From: a virus
Taxonomy: Duplodnaviria; Heunggongvirae; Uroviricota; Caudoviricetes
Direction: 5' to 3' (one strand)
IMG/VR virus record: IMGVR_UViG_3300042549_004104
Coordinates: 135,353 to 199,352 of that record
DNA: 64,000 nt
Numbering within the stretch: position 1 is the first letter of the stretch; each line of letters begins with the position of its first letter. Under the pieces are notes generated by a model that saw only the letters and a list, made by a program, of their open reading frames with translations, ran no database searches and was not told where the DNA came from. The position numbers and the translations under genes are program-made. This document shows, piece after piece, positions 57,950-64,000 of the stretch.

Positions 57950-58300
57950 TTTTCTTTTTGATTTGCGCTTGTTTAATTCTAGCATACTACATATTGGACC
58001 GTGAATTATAGTTAAACTCTTGTTATTGAAAGTCCTAAGATAGGGCTTGAACGGTCCCCAATCTTCTTTAAGAAACATGTTGATTGGGATTAGTCTGTTA
58101 CTTTCCCACCACCAAGTGTCTCCTAATTCTAAGAATCTTTCACGAAGTTCACCATGTATGATAGATCCATAATCATATATAGTGGTCACAACATCATCCC
58201 TGTTTTGAACAATACCAACATAATCTTGCCCGGCGTATGAGCAAACCGTGATAAAGGGATGATTTTCTGTTAGTTTTTTAAAGAAATCGTTGCTAATCAT
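57920..58300 (-). CDS. Conserved hypothetical protein
   Basis: YVGIVQN..WWWESNRLIPINMFL; minus-strand GATAAATA promoter. Confidence 0.7.
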   Translation of the reverse strand: MISNDFFKKLTENHPFITVCSYAGQDYVGIVQNRDDVVTTIYDYGSIIHGELRERFLELGDTWWWESNRLIPINMFLKEDWGPFKPYLRTFNNKSLTIIHGPICSMLELNKRKSKRKSITLVKRMP

Positions 58301-58378
58301 TTTTATTATATACGGTTTATTTATCAAAAGTACTTGCCCAATATATTTTTATAAATAAGATATAGGAGCAAATTTATC

Positions 58379-59125
58379 GTGTATTCAACAAGTGTTTATT
58401 ATTTCACCCCCAGACAAATTGTTGTGTATTTTAGCGGTAATTCAGCCAGGAGGTATCAACTAGTGTATGCAAAGAACCTAAGACTTAATAAAGGCGTAGA
58501 TAACAAGCTACAGTTTCAATTCTTAAATCAGGAACAAAAGGCTGTAAACATTACCAGCAGAGAAATCATTTTTAGATTAATTAGTTATAATGGTGAAGAA
58601 ATTATCCTAGAGAAACTACTAACTCTTACACTAGCATTGAACGGATTGTGCGAGGTCATTATATCTCCTGTAGAATTAGAAGATATTGATACTCAATATT
58701 GCTACTATACACTAGAAATGGCTGAAAATGGATATAACTATCCGGTGTTTGTCAACAGCGAAGCAAGTGCTAGAGGAACCGTAGAAATAGTTAATAGTAT
58801 CTTACCTAGTTTTATTCCTGCGTTTAATGTAACTATTCCTAGTCATAGCATACCTAATAACAGTACAGAGACTTATTACAGCAGTATTATCAATACGACC
58901 GACAATCCTTTGTTGACTATACAAACCTTATTCCAAGGATATAGCGGTAACGCACAGGTACAAGGGTCTACCTTACCTGATGCAGATTGGTATAATATTG
59001 GTAATAGTTATCCATACTTGGATAACACCGGTACTGAAGGATACATCATCGATGGTTTTCACCCATATGTACGTGTCAAGTTCGTAAGTACTCAGGGCGA
59101 TGTGACTCAAATTTTAGCCAGATAA
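58379..59125 (+). CDS. Virion structural protein (BppU-like N-terminus possible)
   Basis: KGVDNKLQFQFLNQEQK; beta-rich; TATAAATA late promoter and AGGAG RBS. Confidence 0.55.
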   Translation: MYSTSVYYFTPRQIVVYFSGNSARRYQLVYAKNLRLNKGVDNKLQFQFLNQEQKAVNITSREIIFRLISYNGEEIILEKLLTLTLALNGLCEVIISPVELEDIDTQYCYYTLEMAENGYNYPVFVNSEASARGTVEIVNSILPSFIPAFNVTIPSHSIPNNSTETYYSSIINTTDNPLLTIQTLFQGYSGNAQVQGSTLPDADWYNIGNSYPYLDNTGTEGYIIDGFHPYVRVKFVSTQGDVTQILAR

Positions 59126-59162
59126 GATTGCTTTTGTACTGAAAATATGTTACAATGTTAAC

Positions 59163-60134
59163 ATGTTTGATATCCTATCAATAATTCCAGGCAAGAAAAA
59201 ACAAACAAGTAGTGGTTGGACAAGTTTCAACGCATTGTGTTGTAGCCATCGTGGGCATACCCCTGACCGTCGTGGTAGAGGTGGCATTAAATTTGATGGA
59301 CAAACTAATTGGGTTATGCATTGCTTTAATTGCAACTACAGTTGTAGTTTCACATTGGGTAGAACAATCAATAGTAAAACAAGACAGTTTCTAACATGGT
59401 GTGGTGTTGACAATGAACAAATTCAACGCTGGAGTTTAGAAAGTTTACAGCATAAAGACATACTTGATTTTATTATTAAACGAAAACGTGAAGAAATCAA
59501 GTTCAAAACAAAAAAATTACCTGATGGAGATTTACTAGATAAAAACAATCTTCAGCATAAATTTTTTGTAGATTACTTACAAAAAAGAAAAGTAAACTTA
59601 GATAAGTATGAGTTCTACGTAAATCCAAATAATAAGAATAGAACACAATATGGAATAATTGTTCCATATACATATAAAAATAAAATCGTAGGAAACACAA
59701 CACGATTTATAGATAACAAAATCCCTAAGTTTATCAACGACCAACAATCGGGATATGTATTTAATATTGACAATCAGAACAATGATTGGACAGTGTGTAT
59801 ACTAGTAGAGGGTATATTTGATGCAATATCAATTGATGGTGTTGCAACAATGCATGATGATATCAGCAATGAGCAAGCAAGTGTATTAGCACAGTTAAAT
59901 AAGAAAATCATTTTTGTACCCGATCAAGATAAGACAGGCTTGAAAGTTACTGATAGAGCATTAGAATTAGGGTATCATGTTAGTTTACCTGAATGGGGGA
60001 ATGGTGTCAAAGATGTAAATGATGCAGTAGTAAAATATGGTAAGCTATCTACATTGTTAAGTATATTAGAACATGCAACAATGAGTAAAATTAAAATAGA
60101 ATTAAGGAAGAAACAGATTGCTAAAGGAATATAA
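59163..60134 (+). CDS. 61: DNA primase (gp61-like)
   Basis: Zn-binding CC..H..CFNC, TOPRIM VEGIFDA, PDQD, KDVND. Confidence 0.9.
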   Translation: MFDILSIIPGKKKQTSSGWTSFNALCCSHRGHTPDRRGRGGIKFDGQTNWVMHCFNCNYSCSFTLGRTINSKTRQFLTWCGVDNEQIQRWSLESLQHKDILDFIIKRKREEIKFKTKKLPDGDLLDKNNLQHKFFVDYLQKRKVNLDKYEFYVNPNNKNRTQYGIIVPYTYKNKIVGNTTRFIDNKIPKFINDQQSGYVFNIDNQNNDWTVCILVEGIFDAISIDGVATMHDDISNEQASVLAQLNKKIIFVPDQDKTGLKVTDRALELGYHVSLPEWGNGVKDVNDAVVKYGKLSTLLSILEHATMSKIKIELRKKQIAKGI

Positions 60135-61536
60135 TGTAGATGTTCAACGGCTCTTTCTGCAAATGATGCTAACAAATGCAGAATTGTATACAAGGGTTAT
60201 GAACATTATGAATGCAGAAAACTTTGACAAGTCGTTAAGACCTGTCGCTGAGTTCATGGTTGAGTATAGTGAGAAGTATAGTTTGTTGCCTGATAGTACA
60301 CAAATCAAAGCCACTACAGGACAACAAATTGAATCAATTGAAGATTTTGGTGACAAACACACAGAATGGTTTCTAGCAGAGTTTGAAGCATTTACTAAAC
60401 GACAAGAATTAGAACGAGCAATTCTTAAGAGTGCTGACTTACTAGACAAGGGTGACTTTGGCCCTGTTGAAAAATTAATCAAAGATGCGGTACAGATTAG
60501 TTTACAACGTGATATGGGTACAGATTATTTTGCTGACCCTAAAGCACGTATCAACAAGTACTTTAATGCAGGTGGACAACAAAGTACAGGCTGGCCGCAA
60601 ATGGATAAACTACTATATGGTGGCTTCAGTCGCGGTGAACTGAATATCTTTGCAGGTGGCTCAGGTTCAGGTAAGAGTTTGGTGATGATGAACATTGCAT
60701 TGAATTGGTTGAACATGGGATTAAGTGGTGTTTATATTTCATTAGAATTGTCAGAAGAATTGACTTCACTTAGAACTGATGCGATGTTGACTATGATGAG
60801 CACCAGAGATATTCGTAAAGATATAGATGGTACTGAACTTAGAGTTAAAATGGCTGCAAAGAAAGCAGGTCAATATCGTGTTAAGGGATTACCCGCACAA
60901 AGTAATGTAAATGACATTCGTTCATATTTAAAAGAAGTACAGATTCAAACTGGTATCAAAGTTGACTTTGTAATGATTGACTATCTTGATTTGGTTATGC
61001 CAGTAAGTGTTAAAGTCAATCCAAACGACCAGTTTATTAAAGACAAGTATGTCTCGGAAGAATTACGTAACTTAGCAAAAGAGTTAGGTATCTTAATGGT
61101 AACTGCAAGTCAATTGAATCGTAGCGCAGTTGAAGAAATTGAGTTTGACCACAGTCACATTGCTGGGGGTATCAGTAAGATTAACACAGCAGATAACGTG
61201 TTCGGTATCTTTACAAGCCGTAGTATGCGTGAACGCGGTAAGTATCAAATTCAGTGTATGAAAAGTCGTAGTTCTACAGGGGTAGGACAGAAAATTGACT
61301 TGGAATACAATATTGAAACTATGCGTATTACAGACGAGGATCCTGATGGATATGCTGAACAACAAGCAAAATACAAGTCTAGTCCCAGTCCAAACGACAT
61401 TATGAGCAGATTAAGGACTCAATCTACTGTTACTGCAGGAGGGGAAACAGTAGAAATAGAACCTGTCACAAAAACAGTGGTTGCTGATGTGCAGGGTGCG
61501 AAACTTAAGGCCTTGCTGGGTAATCTTAAAAAATGA
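60118..61536 (+). CDS. 41: Replicative DNA helicase (gp41/DnaB-like)
   Basis: GGSGSGKS, ISLEL, IDYLDL, TASQLNR. Confidence 0.93.
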   Translation: MLKEYNVDVQRLFLQMMLTNAELYTRVMNIMNAENFDKSLRPVAEFMVEYSEKYSLLPDSTQIKATTGQQIESIEDFGDKHTEWFLAEFEAFTKRQELERAILKSADLLDKGDFGPVEKLIKDAVQISLQRDMGTDYFADPKARINKYFNAGGQQSTGWPQMDKLLYGGFSRGELNIFAGGSGSGKSLVMMNIALNWLNMGLSGVYISLELSEELTSLRTDAMLTMMSTRDIRKDIDGTELRVKMAAKKAGQYRVKGLPAQSNVNDIRSYLKEVQIQTGIKVDFVMIDYLDLVMPVSVKVNPNDQFIKDKYVSEELRNLAKELGILMVTASQLNRSAVEEIEFDHSHIAGGISKINTADNVFGIFTSRSMRERGKYQIQCMKSRSSTGVGQKIDLEYNIETMRITDEDPDGYAEQQAKYKSSPSPNDIMSRLRTQSTVTAGGETVEIEPVTKTVVADVQGAKLKALLGNLKK

Positions 61537-61561
61537 TAAATACAACTAGGATATCTACATC

Positions 61562-61810
61562 ATGCAAAGAAAAACTCGCAGTCTGTTAGAAGAATTGGAA
61601 GCAATCGGCCAAAACCGTGATGCCAAACACATTATTGAAGGTAGAGCACATAATATTATTACTAGTGCTATTAATCTGTTGGAAATGATTAACAAACACT
61701 ATGATGCAGAAAAAGCATTAGTGTTAGAAAAGAAACTTCTAAGTGCAATCAAAGCTAGAGACCAAGGTAGATTTAGTAAAAGTCTAAGGAAAAAAGAAGA
61801 TGAAACTTAA
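61562..61810 (+). CDS. Conserved hypothetical protein
   Basis: MQRKTRSLLEEL; GATAAATA promoter. Confidence 0.7.
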   Translation: MQRKTRSLLEELEAIGQNRDAKHIIEGRAHNIITSAINLLEMINKHYDAEKALVLEKKLLSAIKARDQGRFSKSLRKKEDET

Positions 61811-62723
61811 AGAAGTTATCGTTGAAAATCAAATCAATGAAGTAGGTCCTATGGACAATTTTAGAGCAGGTATTTATAATAACCTAGGTATAGGCGGAGG
61901 CGCTGGAAACGCGGCTGCACATAAAAAATATTTCACAGATAACTTCAAAAAGCAACTACAATTAAACACTAGTAAGAATACAAGTAAGCCAGAAGCAGTA
62001 GAAAGAATCGCTAATTCTTTTATGAAAAAATACGGTGTCAGTGATTCGGCAGTGCAAAATCCAGAGTTCCAAGAACTAGTTCAAAAAGCTGGTTCAGAAA
62101 AAGGATTTTTTTCGCCAGCATTAAATCAATTGATAGATAAAATGTATTTGCTTGCATCAACTACAGTACAACAGGATCAACCTAGACAGGGTTTTAATAC
62201 TCCAACGCAAGGATCTGCTGGAGGACCACAAGCTCCGCAACAAACCGCGCAACCTGAACAACTTAGTGGAACTACTCAACAAGTAATTCAGTCTATAAGA
62301 AAATTGACAGGTAAAGAAAATCTTGATGATTTAGCTAGAGTTGTAAAAACTGCAATGCAAATATTGTATAGACAAAGCCCTGAAAAATATAATCAATTAT
62401 ATAAAGAAGTAGTCACGGGTAAATCTAAAATTAATGCACCTACTACACCTGTAAAAAATAATTCAGGATCTAATGCATTTAGTCAGATGGCAAGTAATCT
62501 AACAGCACCCGCTACCACTTCTAATGCTGGAGCTAATGCTTTTGGCAACATGGCAAGTAATCTAACAACACCTCGTACACCTAAACCTACTACTGGTTCG
62601 GATGTATTTAATAAAATGGCAAACAACTTATCTTCAAGAACACCGGATAAAGAACCATATAGGCCATTAAGTAGGAGAGAACCTACTATGGAATCTAAAA
62701 ATACAATAAGAAGAAAAAAATGA
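61800..62723 (+). CDS. Low-complexity putative head-internal protein
   Basis: MKLKEVIVE N-terminus; three G.NAF..MASNL repeats. Confidence 0.6.
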   Translation: MKLKEVIVENQINEVGPMDNFRAGIYNNLGIGGGAGNAAAHKKYFTDNFKKQLQLNTSKNTSKPEAVERIANSFMKKYGVSDSAVQNPEFQELVQKAGSEKGFFSPALNQLIDKMYLLASTTVQQDQPRQGFNTPTQGSAGGPQAPQQTAQPEQLSGTTQQVIQSIRKLTGKENLDDLARVVKTAMQILYRQSPEKYNQLYKEVVTGKSKINAPTTPVKNNSGSNAFSQMASNLTAPATTSNAGANAFGNMASNLTTPRTPKPTTGSDVFNKMANNLSSRTPDKEPYRPLSRREPTMESKNTIRRKK

Positions 62724-63934
62724 ATTCCGAATATCTACGTGGACTAGTTAACAAACTGGAAGATATCAACCTTGTAATTAAAGAAGAAATTGAATTAACC
62801 AAGGCTCATGTAGAACACCCTGAAGATTTAATATTTCATACAGGTGCCGCTGGAGCACAGCAGGGCTTGCAGGCAATAGTTGATACCGTACAAAATCCTA
62901 ACGTAGTGACTATCAAATGGGATGGATATCCCGCATTGATTTTTGGCACTGGAATGGACGGAAAGTTTATAATATGCGACAAGCATATGTTTAACAAAAG
63001 TGATGGTAGTGGCCATGTCACAAGTCCAAAAGCATTTCAAAAATATGATATGGCTAGGGGTGTAGACCGTAGTCAACTACATCAAACTATAGCAACTATT
63101 TGGCCAGGACTAAAGCAATCATATTCTGGAAATGGATTTTATTGGGGTGATTTATTATTCAGTAGCCCTTTACAAGAACAAGATGGCTTGTATAAATTTA
63201 AAGCAAATCCTAATGGCATAACATATACAGTAGAAGCTCAGGGTAACTGGGTTGGTGAATTAATTAAAGATAAAGTTGCCGGTATCGCCGTTCATCAATA
63301 TTTGCCACCACAAGCAACAAACGTGCAACAAGCACAACTATTAAACGGTACTATAGGACAATTAAAAAATTCAAGCAATGTTGCTATTCTTCCAGCAAAA
63401 ATGCCTACAGTTCCTAAGTTAAAAATAAACAAAACTATGATTGCTACAACTCAGCGAGAAATAGATCAAAACAAACAAGCGGCAGATGCGTTTTTATTAC
63501 AACCACCTGCTGGAGTAAAAAGTGCATTTCCATTAATGTGTACAGTATTTGTTAACAAGAAGATTGTTTCAGGTAATTTAGATAATATGGTTGAAGATTT
63601 TATTGATTTTGCTAAAACTAGAAAAATGTCAGAACCTGTATATAAGAAATTATTTGGGTATAATGTTGCAAATCCTGAGTCAGGACAAGAAGAACATGTT
63701 CCGGGTCATTTTGACAACAATTATAACGGAATAATTGCTACATTTAAGATTTGGATTGCATTGTATAATCTTAAAATGCAAGTAGTTACTCAATTAGACA
63801 AAGCCGCTGAAGCTAGTCCAGTTAAAGGATATTTGGCTGACGGTACACAAACCCAAGAAGGCTTTGTTGCCCACGGGGTTAAATTTGTTAACAGAATGGG
63901 CTTTAGTCGTCAAAATTTGGCTGCTAGAGGCTAG
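62720..63934 (+). CDS. DUF6267-like protein with ligase-type KxDG motif
   Basis: HVEHPED, TIKWDGYPA, GDLLF, QEGFV, KFVNR. Confidence 0.65.
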   Translation: MNSEYLRGLVNKLEDINLVIKEEIELTKAHVEHPEDLIFHTGAAGAQQGLQAIVDTVQNPNVVTIKWDGYPALIFGTGMDGKFIICDKHMFNKSDGSGHVTSPKAFQKYDMARGVDRSQLHQTIATIWPGLKQSYSGNGFYWGDLLFSSPLQEQDGLYKFKANPNGITYTVEAQGNWVGELIKDKVAGIAVHQYLPPQATNVQQAQLLNGTIGQLKNSSNVAILPAKMPTVPKLKINKTMIATTQREIDQNKQAADAFLLQPPAGVKSAFPLMCTVFVNKKIVSGNLDNMVEDFIDFAKTRKMSEPVYKKLFGYNVANPESGQEEHVPGHFDNNYNGIIATFKIWIALYNLKMQVVTQLDKAAEASPVKGYLADGTQTQEGFVAHGVKFVNRMGFSRQNLAARG

Positions 63935-64000
63935 CCAAAACCAACATTTTTTTGTTCCAGGCATAAATAAATGTATGAATCTATATGATTCAAAACATTT

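Noticed and set aside
1-64000. Alternative genetic code (stop-codon reassignment, as in some large phages)
   Set aside because: Core genes are full-length in code 11, coding density is high, and TAA, TGA and TAG all serve as stops.
1-64000. CRISPR array, integrase/transposase, or DGR reverse transcriptase
   Set aside because: No regularly spaced non-coding repeats with unique spacers and no RT or recombinase motifs seen; the repeats found lie in coding frames and lack an adenine-specific mismatch pattern by eye.

Overview
64 kb, AT-rich segment of a large T4-like (myovirus-type) dsDNA phage, read in the standard genetic code. It carries terminase large subunit, gp32 SSB, UvsX/UvsY/UvsW, gp61-type primase, gp41-type helicase, DHFR/ThyA, spanins and T4-type TAAATA late promoters. 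Layout: (1) 0.6-10 kb, a glycosyltransferase / radical SAM / SGNH / carbamoyltransferase modification cluster; (2) 10.3-16 kb, a host-support island with thioredoxin, a circularly permuted two-piece tmRNA whose intervening segment holds a small ORF, rubrerythrin, rubredoxin, PqqA, Pho-box-preceded PstS and a small outer-membrane beta-barrel; these suggest a proteobacterial, probably betaproteobacterial, host; (3) 17-25.5 kb, an inverted tail-fibre cassette with repeats, a tandem 2OG-Fe(II) oxygenase and a deletion scar; (4) 25.5-35 kb, early genes (MoxR AAA + VWA), nucleotide metabolism and lysis; (5) 35.5-44 kb, virion and packaging genes including a ubiquitin-like/ILEI fusion; (6) 44-64 kb, replication and recombination genes, interrupted by an 8-gene tandem array of small 'F-x-L-R-W' paralogues whose conserved C-terminal codons supply the next gene's start codon, and by a 197-aa miniature DnaE. 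Many genes look leaderless. All calls come from reading motifs by eye; no database searches were run.
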